DNA from: the human T2T-CHM13v2.0 reference genome, Homo sapiens
Length of the DNA: 64,000 nucleotides
Reading direction: 5' to 3' (one strand)
Assembly (NCBI RefSeq): GCF_009914755.1
Contig: NC_060947.1
The notes under the pieces are model-generated. The model saw only the letters and a list, made by a program, of their open reading frames with translations, was not told where the DNA came from and did not search any database. A program made the translations under genes and the position numbers. Position 1 is the stretch's first letter, and every line of letters starts with the position of its first letter. Of the stretch, positions 1 to 20,241 are shown piece after piece.

Positions 1-3633
<3,633 letters not shown>

Positions 3634-4003
3634 TGAGTCTATATTAAAATTTCCAAATCAAATTTAAAAAAAAAAAATCAAACTCCCAAAGGTCAAGGAT
3701 TAAAAAAGGATCCTAAAAGCAGCAAGAGAAAAGAATCAAAAAACATACAATAGAGCTCCAATACATCTGGCAGCAGACTTTTCAGTGGAAATCTTATAGG
3801 CCAGGAGAGAGTGGCATGACATATTTAAAGTGCCAAATGAAGAAAAAAAACGTATACCCTAGAATAGTATATCTGGTAAAAATATCCTTTAAACATGAGG
3901 GAAAAAAAGACATTCCCAGACAAACAAAAGCTGAGGGGTTTCATCAACACTAGACCTGTCCTACAAGAAATGCTAAAGAGAGTACCTCAATCAGAAAGAA
4001 AAG

Positions 4004-4454
<451 letters not shown>

Positions 4455-6034
4455 AGAAGGAAAAGGACATTAATGAGCAATAAACAATCACCTGAAGGGG
4501 CAAAACTTACTGGTTTATAACACTGTAACTGTCGTGTGTAAACTACTCTTATCTTAATTAGAAAGACTAAATGATGAACCAATAAAAAATAATTACAACA
4601 ACTTTTCAAGACATAGTACAATGAGATATAAATAGAAATAACAAAAAGTTAAAACACAGGGGGCCAAAGTTACGGCAAGTTTTTGTTTTCCTTTTGCTTG
4701 TTTGTTTATGCAAATAGTGTTAAGTTGTTATCAGCTTAAAATAATGGGTTATAAGATAGTATTTGCAAGTCTCCTGGTAACTTAAAACCAAAAAACATAC
4801 AATGGATACAGAAAAATAAAAAGCAAGAAACCAAATCATATCACCAGAGAAAATCATCTTCACTAGAGGAAGACAAGAAGGAAAGAAAGAAGGAAGAGAA
4901 GCCCACAAAATAATCAGAAAACAAATTAAAAAATGGCAGAAGTAAGTCCTTACTTATCAATAATAACATTGAATCTAAAAGGACTAAACTCTCCAATCAA
5001 AAGACACAGACTGGCCAAATGGATGAAACAACAAGACCTTTTGATCTGTTGCCTACAAGAAACACGCTTCACCTATAAAGACACACATAGACTGAAAATA
5101 AAAAGATGGAAAAAGATATTCCATGACAACAGAAACCAAAAAAGAGCAGGAGTCACTATACTTAGAGCAGACAAAATAGATTTCAACACAAAAACTATAA
5201 GAGACAAAGAAGGTCACCATATAATGATAAAACAGTCAATTAAGCAAGAGGATGTAACAATTTTAAATATGTATGCACCCAACACAGAAGCAGCCAGATA
5301 TATAAAGGAAATACTATTAGAGCTGAAGAAAGAGATAGGCCCTAAAACAATAATAGCTGGAGACTTCAATACTCTACTTTCAGTATTGGACAGATCTCCA
5401 AGACAGAAAACCAGCAAAGAAACACCAGACTTAATCTGCGCTATAGACCAAATGGATCTAATAGATATGTACAGAACATTTCAAACAAGAGCTATGGAAT
5501 ACACATTCTTTTCCTCAGCACATGGATAATTCTTAAGGAGAGACCACAGGTCAGGTCACAAAAACACATCTTAAAACATTCAAAAAATCTGAAATAATAA
5601 CAAATATCTACTCTGACCATAATGGAATAAAACTAGAAAGCAATAACAAGAGGAAATTTGGAAACTGTACATGGAAACACATGGAAATTAAACAGTATCT
5701 TCCTGAATGACCATTAGGTCAATAAAGAAATTAAGAAGGAAATTGAAAATTTTCTTGAAACAAATGATAATGAAAATACAATATACCAAAACCTATGGGA
5801 TACAGCAAAAGCAGCACTAAGAGGAAAGTTTATACTTATAACTGCCTACGTCAAAAAAGAAAAACTTCAAATAAACAGTCTAATGATGCATCTTGAAGAA
5901 CTAGAAAAGCAAGAGGAAACCAAACCGAAAATTAGTAGAAGAAAAAAAAATAAAGATCAGAGCAGATATAAATGAAATTGAAATGCAAAAAGCAATTTAA
6001 AAAATCAGTGAAACAAAAATTGGCTTTTTTTAAT

Positions 6035-6322
6035 GTTTCTTTTTTTCTTTTTGTTTCTTCAACTTTTATTTTAAGTTCAGAGGTACATGTGCAAGTTTGT
6101 TACATAGGTAAATGTGTGCCACAGTGGTTTGCTGCACAGATCATCCCATCACCTAAGTACTAAGCCCAGCATCCATTAGCTGTTCTTCCTGATGCTCTCC
6201 CTCCCTCTACCCCCACCAACAGGTGTTCAGTGTGTGTTGTTCCTCACCATGTGTCCATATGTTCTCAACATTCAGCTCCCACTTACAAGTGAAAACCTGT
6301 GTTGCTTGGTTTTCTGTTCCTG
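6035..6322 (-). mobile_element. L1PA (about PA13-type) 3' end fragment
   Basis: T-rich tail, then ttaagttcagaggtacatgtgc...cagatcatcccatcacc (reverse complement of an L1 3'UTR). Confidence 0.88.
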
Positions 6323-6514
6323 GGTCCTGTTGGGGGGCAGGGGAAAGGAGAGCATCAAGATAAACAGCTAATACATGTGGGGCTCAAATCCTAGGTGATA
6401 AGTTGATAGATGCGGCAAACCACCATGGCACACGTTTACCTATGAAACAAACCTGCACATCCGCACATGTATCCTGAAACTTAAAATTAAATTAAATTAA
6501 AATTAAAAAATAAA
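6323..6514 (+). mobile_element. L1PA (about PA15/16-type) 3' end fragment
   Basis: gcaaaccaccatggcacacgtttacctatg...cacatgtatcctgaaacttaaaattaaa. Confidence 0.88.
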
Positions 6515-6959
6515 GAGGCCTATTTCACATTCAGTTTTCACCATATTGCACTGTTGTTTACCTCTCACAAGCCTCAGACCATAGGATATGAGAAAAGTTA
6601 GCCCTTATTAGGAGAACCACGCTGCTATTTATGGAAGACCAGAGGATAGTATTGCAAAAGGGAAGGTGGATGGGGTATGAGGCTTTAGATACATAGTATG
6701 CGCTTGATAATAATTGTGGAAAGGATGAAGAGAGGAAGGAGCAGGAGAGGCAGAACCAAATGAAAATGTAGAGTCACTGATTACATATTATATTTCAATA
6801 AGAAAACAGTAATAAATTTCCTTTATGTGAGCAGCCTTATAAAGTCTTATAAGGTGCTTAGAGGAATGTCTGGCATAGAGTATTCACTATATATGTTTGT
6901 TAAATATGTAAATGTTCAGCTGGGAAACTTACTACCTTACTTACCCCTTACTTACTTAC

Positions 6960-9900
6960 CCCTTCCCTTCCCTAGGCAGTGGCAGTGTGGTGTACAGAGC
7001 ATCTCTGGAAGCTGGAAGAGCAAGAGCGGAGCAGTTGTGAAGCACTGAACTCAGTGCTGTCTCTTACAGGAGAAAGGAAAATCAGACCAAACTTAGCTGA
7101 TTCCCATCTGGGAAGGGATCATTTAAACCAACTCTAGCCAGAGGGCAATTACCCATCCCGGTAATCAGAACTTGAGTTTCTGCAAACCTTGCCACCAAGG
7201 GTGAAAAAACTGTTCCAGGTTTCTCAGAAAACCTTAAAGGCAGTCTAGGCCATAAGATCTGTAACCTGTAGGTGAGTTCTAGCACAGAATTGGGCCCAGA
7301 GGCAGTGGATTGCGGCGGGTATGTGGAGGGGTGCACATGACCTACTGAGATACCAGCTGGGGCAGCCAAGTGAGTGCTGGTGTCACCCCTGCCCTAGCCC
7401 CAGACTGCCCAGCTAGCAGCTCCATAAAAGGCCCCTTCCTTCCACTTGAGGAGATGGAATAGTGAGGAACATTTTTTTTCTTGCATCTTGAATACCAGCT
7501 CAACTACAGCAGGACAGGGCACTGGTCAGGGTTGTGAAGCCCCTGTTCCAGGCACCTGCTCCTGGATAACATTTCTAGACACACCCTAGGACAGAAAGAA
7601 ACCTGCTGCCTTGAAAGAAATGACCAAGCCCTGGCAGGATTAATCACCAGCCGACTGAATAGCCCTTGGTTCCTGAATAGAAAGCAGTGATACCCAGGTA
7701 CTACATCAAGGACCTTGGGTGAACCTCTGAGACATACTGGCTTCAGGTACCAGCATGGTAAGAGGGGAATAGAGTAACAAGCAGGCTATTGGGTTCCCCG
7801 ATTCCAGGACTTGACTTCTGGACAGCATTTCTGGACGTGCCTGTGACCAGACAGGTGCCCACTGCCCTCAAGTGTGAGTCCCAGTCCAGGCAGCATTCAC
7901 CAGGAGCTGACTTAAGAACCCTTGGGACTTAAGGGAGCATCAGTGGTAGTGTTGCAGTACTCTCTATGGCCTGTAGTAGGGGATGCGACAGGGTGAGGCT
8001 CCCCTGCCTTTGAAAAACGGAAGAAAGTATGGGAAAAACTGCTTCTTGTGGTTTGAGTGTCAGCTCATTTGCAATACAATATAACACCAGGTCTTTATCT
8101 CTAATCCCTGACTCCTGGATGACACCTCTGAACCCACCTGAGGGAACTCACTGCCCTGAAAGGAAGGACACAGGCCTGGCTAGCTTTGCCACCTGCTGAT
8201 TATAGAGCCTCAGGGCTTTGAGAAAATATAGGCAGTAGCCAGGGAGTGGTTACAGCAGGCCTTTGGCAAGACCCAGCTCCGTGCAGGCTTCAGGTCTGAC
8301 CCAGCACAGTCATAGTGTTTGTGGATACAAGAGTGCCTGTATCACTCCACCCCTAGCTTTAGGTGGCTCAGAACATGGAGACAGAGACACACAGTTTGTG
8401 TGGGAGAAAGTAGGGGAAGGGAACAGAAGTCTCTGCCTGATAACCCAGAGACTTCTCCTGGATCTTTTCTGAAACCCTCAAGGTGGTACCTCCAGAAGTA
8501 TGCAAGAACTGCAGCATTACTGGGCTTGGGGTGCCCCCTAAAGCAGATACAGCTTAAAACAAAAGCCCCAAGTCTTTGCAAAGAGCTGGAAAATATTCTC
8601 AAAAAGGATGGTTACAAACAATCCCAGACAGTGAAGGCTACGATAAGTAACTAACTCTTCAATGACCAGACACTGAAGAATATCTACTAGTATCAACACC
8701 ATCCAGGAAAACATACCCTCACCAAATGAAGTAAATAAGCCACAGGGACCAATTCTGGAGAATCAGATATGTGACCTTTCAGACAGAAAATTCAGGATAA
8801 CTGGGTCATGCCTGTAATTCCAGCATTTTGGGAGGCCGAGACAGGTGGATCACCTGAGGTCAGGAGTTCAAGACCAGCCTGACCAACATGGTGAAACCCC
8901 ATCTCCACTAAAAATAGAAAATTAACTAGGCGTGGTGGCTCATGCCTGTAATCCCAGCTACTAAGGTGGCTGAGGCCAGAGAATTGCTTGAACCCAGGAG
9001 GCAAAGGTTGCAGGGAGCCAAGATCGTGCCTTTGCAGTACAGCATGGGCAATAAGAGTGAAACTCTGACTCAAAAAAAAAAAAATAGGTGCGTTGACAAA
9101 ACTCAAACAAATTCAATGTAACACAGAGAAGAATTCAGAATTCTATCAGAAAAGTTAAGTTTCAAATAATTAAAATAAATCAAGCAGAAATTCTGGAGCT
9201 GAAAAATGAAAGTGACAGGCTGTAGAATCTCTCAATAGCAGAATCAATCAAGCAGGAGATAGAATTAATAAGCTTGAAGAGAGGCTATTTGAAAATATAC
9301 GGTCACAAAAGACAAAAGAAAAACCAAGTAGAAAGCAATGAAGCATGCCTACAGGATCTAGAAAATAGCTTCAAAAGGACAAATCTAAGAGTTATTGGCC
9401 TTCAGGAGGAGGTACAGAAACACATATGAGTAGAAAGTTTCTTCAAAGAGATAATAATAGAGAACTTCCCAAACCTAGAGAAAGATACAAATATCCAAGT
9501 ACAAGAATGTTATAAAACACCAAGCAGACTTAACTCAAAGAAGGCTACTTCAAGTCATGCAATAATGAAAATCCCAAAAATCAAGGATAAAGAACTGTTC
9601 TTAAAGCAGCAAGATAAGAGAAACAAGTAACATCCAATGGAGCTCCAATATGTCTGGCAGCAGACTTTTCAGTGGAAAGCTTACAGGCCAGGAGAGAGTG
9701 GCATGACATATTTAAAGTGCTAAAAGAAAAAATTTTTAACCTTAGAATAATATATCTGAAACAACTATCCTTCAAACGTGAAGGAGAAAATAAAATGGTC
9801 CCAGAGAATCGAAAGCTGAGGGATTTCATCAACACCAGCCCTGTCCTACAAGAAATGTTACAAGGAGTATTTCAATCAGAAAGAAAAGGACGGTACTGAA

Positions 9901-12767
9901 CAATAAGTAATCAACTGAAGGTACAAAACTCAGTGGTCATTGTAAGTACACAGAAAAACAGAATATTATAACAAAGTAACTGTGGTGTGTAAACTGCTCT
10001 TATTCTAAGTAGAAAGACTAAAGGATAAACCAAACAAAAATAAAAAGCACAACTTTTCAAGACATAGTCAACACAATAAGATACAAAGAGAAACAACAAA
10101 AAATTAAAAAGCAGTGGGACAAAGTTAAGGTGCAGCTTTATTAGCTTTATTTTTGTTTGTTTGTGAAAATAGTCTTAGGTAAATATCAGATTAAAAATAA
10201 TGGTTTATAAGATATTATTTGCAAGCCTCAAGGTAACCTCAAACTAAAGAACATGCAATGTATGCACAAAAAATAAAAGGCAAGGAACTAAATCGTATAA
10301 CCACAGAAAAATCATCCTCACTGAGAAAAGACAGGAAGGAAAGAAGGAAGATAAGATCACAAAACCATCTGAACATAAAAATCAAAATGACAGGAGTAAG
10401 TTCCTACTTATCAATAGTAACATTGAATGTAAATGGGTTAAACTCTTCCATTAAAAGACATAGACTGGCTGAATGTATGAAAAAACAAGACACATTGATA
10501 CATTGCCTACCAGAAACACACTTCACCTCTAAAGACACACATAGACTGAAAATAAAGGGATGGAAAAAGATGCTCCATGCCAATGGAACCAAAAAGAATC
10601 AGGATTAGCCATATTCATAGCAAACAAAATAGATTTCAAGACAAAAAAAGTAAGAGGAAAAAGAAGTCACTATATAATAATGAAGGGATCAGTTCAACAA
10701 GAGTATATAACAACTTTACATATATGTGCACCCAACCCTGGAGCACCAAGGTATATAAAGGAAATATTATGAGAACTAATGGGAGAGATAGCTCCCAATA
10801 CCATAATGGCTGGAGGCTTCAACACCCTACTTTCAGCATTCAACAGTTCTTCTAGACATAAAATCAACACAGAAACACCACATTGAATCTACATTATAGA
10901 CCAAATGGATCTAACAGACATTTACAAAACACTTCTTCCAAGGACTGCAGAACACATCTTCTTTTACCCAGCACATGCATCATTCTCAAGCATAGAATAT
11001 ATGTTAGGTCATAAAGCAAGTCTTAAAACATTCAAATAAATTGAAATAATATCAAGCTTCTTCTCTGACCACCAAAAAAAAAAACCCGGAAAATAACAGC
11101 GGGAACTTTGAAAATTATACAAATACATAGAATTAAAAAATAGATGCTCCTGAATGACCCACAGGTCAATGAAGAAATTAAAAACTAAATTGAAAAATTT
11201 CTCAAAATAAATGATAATGGAAACACAACATACCAAAACTTATGGGATACAGCAAAAGCAGTATTAAGAGGGAAGTTTATAGCTATAAGTGCCTACATTA
11301 AAAAAGAGGAACACCTGAAAATAATTTTATGATGCATCTTAAAAAAATACAAAAATAAGCTCAAACTGAAACCAAAATCAATAGAAGAAAAGATATAATA
11401 AAAGACCAGAGCAGAAATAAATGAAAGTAAAATGAAGAAAATCAAGACTATCAATGAAACAAAAAGTTGGGTTTTTTTAAAAGCTACACAAAATTGATAA
11501 ACTTGTAGCCAGACTAAGGAAGAAAAAGGAGAGAAGATCGAGATAAATAAAATCCAAAATTAAAAGGAGACATTACAGGCTAATACTGCAAAAATTCAAA
11601 GGATTATTGTGGTGACTATGGGAAACTATATGTCAATAAATTGGAAAATCTCCCTGAAATGTATAAATACTTACCTGTACAACCTACCAAGTTTGCATGA
11701 AGATATCGAAAACCTGAGTAAACCAATAACATGTAACAAGATAAAACCATAACAAGCAGTCTCCTAGTACTGGAAAGCCTAGGACTTGATGGCTTCACTG
11801 TTGAATTCTACCAAACATTTAAAGAAGAACTAATACCAATCCTACTGAAACTATTCCAAAAAATGGAGGAGAAGGAAATGCTTTCAAAGTCATTCTAAAA
11901 GGCCTGTTTTACCCTGATACCAAAACCAGACAAAGACATATTAGAAAAAAAAAAAAAAAACGTAGAGTCCAATATGTCTGATGGATACTGATGCAGCAAT
12001 CCCCAACAAAATACCAGGAAATCAAATTAAAGAATACATTAGAAAGATCATTCATCATGACCAAGTGAGATTTATTGCTGGGATGCAAAAAGGTTTTGAC
12101 AGGTACAAATCAGTCAATGTGATTCATCATATCAACAGAATTAAGGCTAAAATCATATGATCATTGCAGTTGATGCTGAAAAGACATTTGATAAAATTCA
12201 AAATACCTTCATGGTAAGAATCCTGAAAAAAACTGGGTATAGAAAGAACATACCTCAACATAATAAAAGCCATATATGTCAGACCCACATCTACTATCAT
12301 ACTGAATAGAAAAATATGAAAGCCTTTTCTCTATGATCTGGAACACAATGAAGATGCCCACTTTCACCACTCTTATAAAGTGCTGGAAGTTCTAGCTAGC
12401 ATAATCCATCCAGAGAAAGAAATAAATGGCATTCAAATTGGAATGGAAGAAGTCAAATTATCAGTGTTTGCAGATGATATGATCTTATATTTGGAAAAAT
12501 ATAAAGACTCCACAAAAAAACACTCAGAACACATAAACAAATTGTTCAAAGCTGCAGGATACAAAATCAACATACACAAATCTGTAGCATTTCTATATGC
12601 CAACAGGGAACAACCTGAAAAATATATTTAAAAAATCATTCCACTTACAATAGCCACACATAAAATTAAATACATAGGAATTAACTTCACCAAAGAAGTG
12701 AACGATCTGTATAATGAAAAGTAAAAAAACACTGATGAAAGAAATTGAAAATGACACCAGAAAAGAA
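6960..12767 (+). mobile_element. Old L1 (L1M1/L1MA-type): long 5'UTR, degenerate ORF1, ORF2 to just past the RT; 3' part missing
   Basis: ORF1 remnant (LQARREWHDIFKVLK), ORF2 start atgacaggagta at about 10388, and [15 protein letters not shown] at about 12460. Ends abruptly at 12767. Confidence 0.88.
8804..9084 (+). mobile_element. AluS (Sq/Sx-like), slightly 5'-truncated
   Basis: tcatgcctgtaattccagc...cacctgaggtcaggagttc...poly(A) 9072-9084. Confidence 0.93.
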
Positions 12768-12828
12768 CACAGCAGTCTGAGATCAAACTGCAAGGCTGCA
12801 GCGAGGCTGGGGGAGGGGCACCCACCAT
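12628..12828 (-). CDS. Putative chimeric L1 ORF0 (66 aa): ORF0 N-terminus fused to the antisense strand of an old L1 ORF2
   Basis: MVGAPPPASLQPCSLISDCC resembles the L1 ORF0 N-terminus (MAGAPPPASLPPCSLISDCC, from recall). The frame stays open across the 12767 junction. No expression evidence. Confidence 0.3.
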   Translation of the reverse strand: MVGAPPPASLQPCSLISDCCVLFWCHFQFLSSVFFYFSLYRSFTSLVKLIPMYLILCVAIVSGMIF

Positions 12829-13149
12829 TGCCAAGGCTTGAGTAGGTAAACAAAGCAGCCAGGAAGCTCGAACTGGGTAGGGCCCACTGCAGCTCAAGGA
12901 GGCCTGCCTGCCTCTGTAGACTCCACCTCTGGGGGCAGGGCATAGCCAAACAAAAGGCAGCAGAATCCTCTGCAGACTTAAATGTCCCTGTCTGACAGCT
13001 TTGAAGAGAGTAGTGTTTCTCCCAGCACGAAGCTGGAGATCTCAGAACAGACAGACTGCCTCCTCAAGTGGGTCACTGACCCCCGAGTAGCCTAACTGGG
13101 AGGCACCCCCAAGTAGGGGCAGACTGACACCTCACACGGCCGGGTACTC

Positions 13150-13277
13150 CTCTGAGACAAAACTTCCAGAGGAACGATCAGGCAGCAACATTTCATGTTC
13201 ACCAATATCCGCCGTTCTGCAGCCTCCGCTGCTGATACCCAGGCAAACAGGGTCTGGAGTGGACCTCCAGCAAACTC
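13150..13277 (+). promoter_or_regulatory. About 129-bp L1PA3-6 5'UTR segment (ZNF93-bound region, deleted in younger L1s)
   Basis: ctctgagacaaaacttccagaggaacgatcaggcagc...ggacctccagcaaact lies between gggtactc and ccaacagac, which are adjacent in L1HS. Confidence 0.7.
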
Positions 13278-13403
13278 CAACAGACTTGCAGCTGAGGGTC
13301 CTGACTGTTAGAAGGAAAACTAACAAACAGAAAGGACATCTACACCAAAACCCCATCTGTACGTCACCATCATCAAAGACCAATGGTAGATAAAACCACA
13401 AAC

Positions 13404-14419
13404 ATGGGGAAAAAAACAGCAGAAAAACTGAAAACTCTAATAATCAGAGCACCTCTCCTCCTCCAAAAGAATGCAGCTCCTCACCAGCAACGGAACAAAG
13501 CTGGATGGGGAATGACTTTGACATGTTGAGAGAAGAAGGCTTCAGATGATCAAACTACTCCGAGCTAAAGGAGGAAGTTTGAACCCATGGCAAAGAAGTT
13601 TAAAACTTTGAAAAAAAATTAGACGAATGGCTAACTAGAATAACCAATGCAGAGAAGTCCTTAAAGGACCTGATGGAGCTGAAAACCAAGGCACAAGAAC
13701 TACGTGACAAATGCACAAGCCTCAGTAGCCGATTCGATCAACTGGAAGACAGGGTATCAGTGATGGAAGATCAAATGAATGAAATGAAGCGAGAAGAGAA
13801 GTTTAGAGAAAAAAGAATAAAAAGAAACAAACAACGCCTCCAAGAAATATGGGACTGTGTGAAAAGACCAAATCTACGTCTGATTGGTGTACCTGAAAGT
13901 GACGGGGAGAATGGAACCAAGTCGGAAAACACTCTGCAGGATATTACCCAGGAGAACTTCCCCAATCTAGCAAGACAGGCCAACATTCAAATTCAGGAAA
14001 CACAGAGAATGCCACAAAGATACTCCTCGAGAAGAGCAACTCTAAGACACGTAATTGTCAGATTCACCAAAGATGAAATGAAGGAAAAAATGTTAAAGGC
14101 AGCCAGAGAGAAAGGTCAGGTTACCCACAAAGGGAACCCCATCAGACTAACAGCTGATCTCTCGGCAGCAACTCTACAAGCCAGAAGAGAGTAGAGGCCA
14201 ATATTCAACATTCTTAAAGAAAAGAATTTTCAACCCAGAATTTCATATCCAGCCAAACTAAGCTTCATAGGTGAAGGAGAAATAAAATCCTTTACAGACA
14301 AGCAAATGCTGAGAGATTTTGTCACCACCAGGCCTGCCCTAAAAGAGCTCCTGAAGGAAGCAATAAACATGGAAAGGAACAACCGGAACCAGTCACTGCA
14401 AAAACATGCCAAAGTGTAA
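13404..14419 (+). pseudogene. L1 ORF1p, disrupted
   Basis: Track ORF 13673-14194 (LQEIWDCVKRPNLRLIGVPE...ENFPNLARQ) with frameshifts and stops. Confidence 0.9.
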
Positions 14420-14482
14420 AAACCATCAAGGCTAGGAAGAAACTGCATCAACTAACGAGCAAAATAACCAGCTAACATCATA

Positions 14483-18307
<3,825 letters not shown>

Positions 18308-18523
18308 ACAATGAGAACACTTAGACACAGGATGGGGAACATCACACATCGGGGCCTGTTGTGGGGTGGGGGGAGGGGGGAGGGATAGCACTAGGAGATA
18401 TACCTAATGTAAATGATGAGTTAATGGGTGCAGCACACCAACGTGGCACATGTATACATATGTAACAAACCTGCACGTTGTGCGCATGTACCCTAGAACT
18501 TAAAGTATAACAATAAAAAAAAA

Positions 18524-18924
18524 GCCTTCAAGCTGTTTATGGAGGTTTAGTTGAGAATATGAGTCCCTGAGCCCATGCTTTTCTTTCACCACTTTGTCCA
18601 AGGATATTAGGACCAACCAACCAACCTTATTAGATTTGTTAGTTGTCAAAAATCTCCCAAAGATGTTCCAAAGGTATGTACAACTCACCCAGCTCCTTTC
18701 TTTTTATGAATGGTTGACCTGGAGTATCCAACACAGACTTTTTTGTTTATCTCCATTGCCAGATCATGCATGAAATATCAATGCTCTCTTTACTACTGGA
18801 AATAGAGTCATTAGTGTCTTTAAATCTAACAAAATTTAAGAGCCAATCCCAAAATTCCAGAACTAATTCAGAAAACTCATCCTTAGAATTCTGTTCCTCT
18901 AGAATCACTCTTGGTACAAAAATC
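18524..18924 (-). mobile_element. ERV-L internal 5' fragment (PBS and gag start)
   Basis: Minus strand next to the LTR reads ttgtaccaagagtgattc (similar to the ERVL PBS). Translation VGWLVLISLDKVVKEKHGLRDSYSQL resembles ERV-L Gag. Confidence 0.75.
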
Positions 18925-19049
18925 TGTATTAGTCAGAGTTCTCCAGGAAAATAAAACCAAAAGGATGGAGATACATATAAAGAAAGAAAGAGAGATTTAC
19001 ATATTATATCTGTATATATCTATCTAGTTTAGATAGATAGATAGATGAT

Positions 19050-19085
<36 letters not shown>

Positions 19086-19511
19086 CAGATATGGATATAG
19101 ATATAAAGAGATTTACTATAAGATGTTGGCTTATGTGATTATGAAGGCTTAGATGTCCCATGATCTGCCATCTGAAAGCTGGTGACCCAAGAATGCCAGT
19201 AGTGTAGTTTGAAGACCTGAGAGCCAGAGAGTTGATCGTGAAGATTCCAGTCCAAGTCTGAAGGCCTGAGAACCAGGAGCACCAAGGGCAGCAGATCAAT
19301 GTCCTAACTCAAGCATTTTTTTTCTGTTTTGGTCCTCAAGAGATTAGATGATGCCCACCCACACTGGGGGCAGCCATCTGCTTTACTCAGTTCACCAGTT
19401 CAAATGCTAATTTCTTCTGGAAACACCACAACAGGCACATCCAAAAATAATGTTTAACCACATATATGGGCATCTCTCAGTCCAGTCTAGTTAGCACATA
19501 AAATTATCACA
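18925..19511 (-). mobile_element. MLT2 (C/D-like) ERV-L 5' LTR
   Basis: tgtattagtcagagttctccagg...gaaggcctgagaaccaggagc...cacataaaattatcaca. Confidence 0.85.
19030..19090. repeat. (AGAT)n tetranucleotide STR, interrupted
   Basis: A short AGAT run, a gatt interruption, then about 8 further AGAT units. Confidence 0.95.
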
Positions 19512-19809
19512 TATGATTTTAATTATGTTTGATAAAATGTTTATTTTTTAATTATTAAAATTTTAAGAATGATTGAGATAGAAAATTAAGGTTTTTTCTC
19601 TTTTTGCCATTTCAAAACTTTTTAAAAATGTAGATTTAAATAACACTGTTCACTACCCTGTCTGCATGACAGGCTTAATTTGAAGAGTAAATGTGACTAT
19701 GATGTGCATGGAAGCACTCTGAAAACTCTCACGTAACAATATGATGTAAGGTGGTATTTAATGGAGTGTTACATACAGACCCACATATGCACTAAATGGC
19801 ACTTCTGTG

Positions 19810-19992
19810 TAGTGCTTCCCACATTTTCACATCAGGACGCAAATAGAAAATGATAATAATTGTCAACACACTAAGAAAAACAGATAAGTTGCTTGCAGCC
19901 AGAACAATTTTCCAGGGCTCTGGCCACTGCCAGCTCTGCCCCACCTGAGGATAAGAAGACTAGTATTTCTGCACACCAGATGGCAATCTCTG
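19810..19992. mobile_element. hAT-type DNA transposon MITE remnant (family not assigned)
   Basis: Degenerate TIR-like ends tagtgcttccc...ggcaatctctg; internal cacatcaggacgcaaatagaaaatgataataat. Confidence 0.45.
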
Positions 19993-20024
19993 TTCTATTG
20001 GCCTAACACTTCCCTTTACCCCCA

Positions 20025-20241
20025 CCTCCCCCACAGGAACTGACTCAGAGCAAGAGGACAGCTTCAATTCCCCATGATTTCATCTCTAGCCCAACCAATC
20101 AACACTCTCGACTCACTGATCTTCCCCTACCTACCAAATTATCCCTAAAAACTCTGATCCCCAAATGATCAGGGATACTGATTTGAGTAATAATAAAACT
20201 CTGGTCTCCCACAAATAATAATAATAATAATAATAATAATA
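20025..20241 (+). mobile_element. LTR8-like (ERV1) fragment ending at its poly(A) site, followed by (AAT)n
   Basis: caggaactgactcag...actgatttgagtaataataaaactctggtctcccaca, then (aat)n. Confidence 0.75.

Noticed and set aside
6937-6964. Short ttacttacccc duplication at the L1M 5' boundary
   Set aside because: Low-complexity slippage with no further significance evident.
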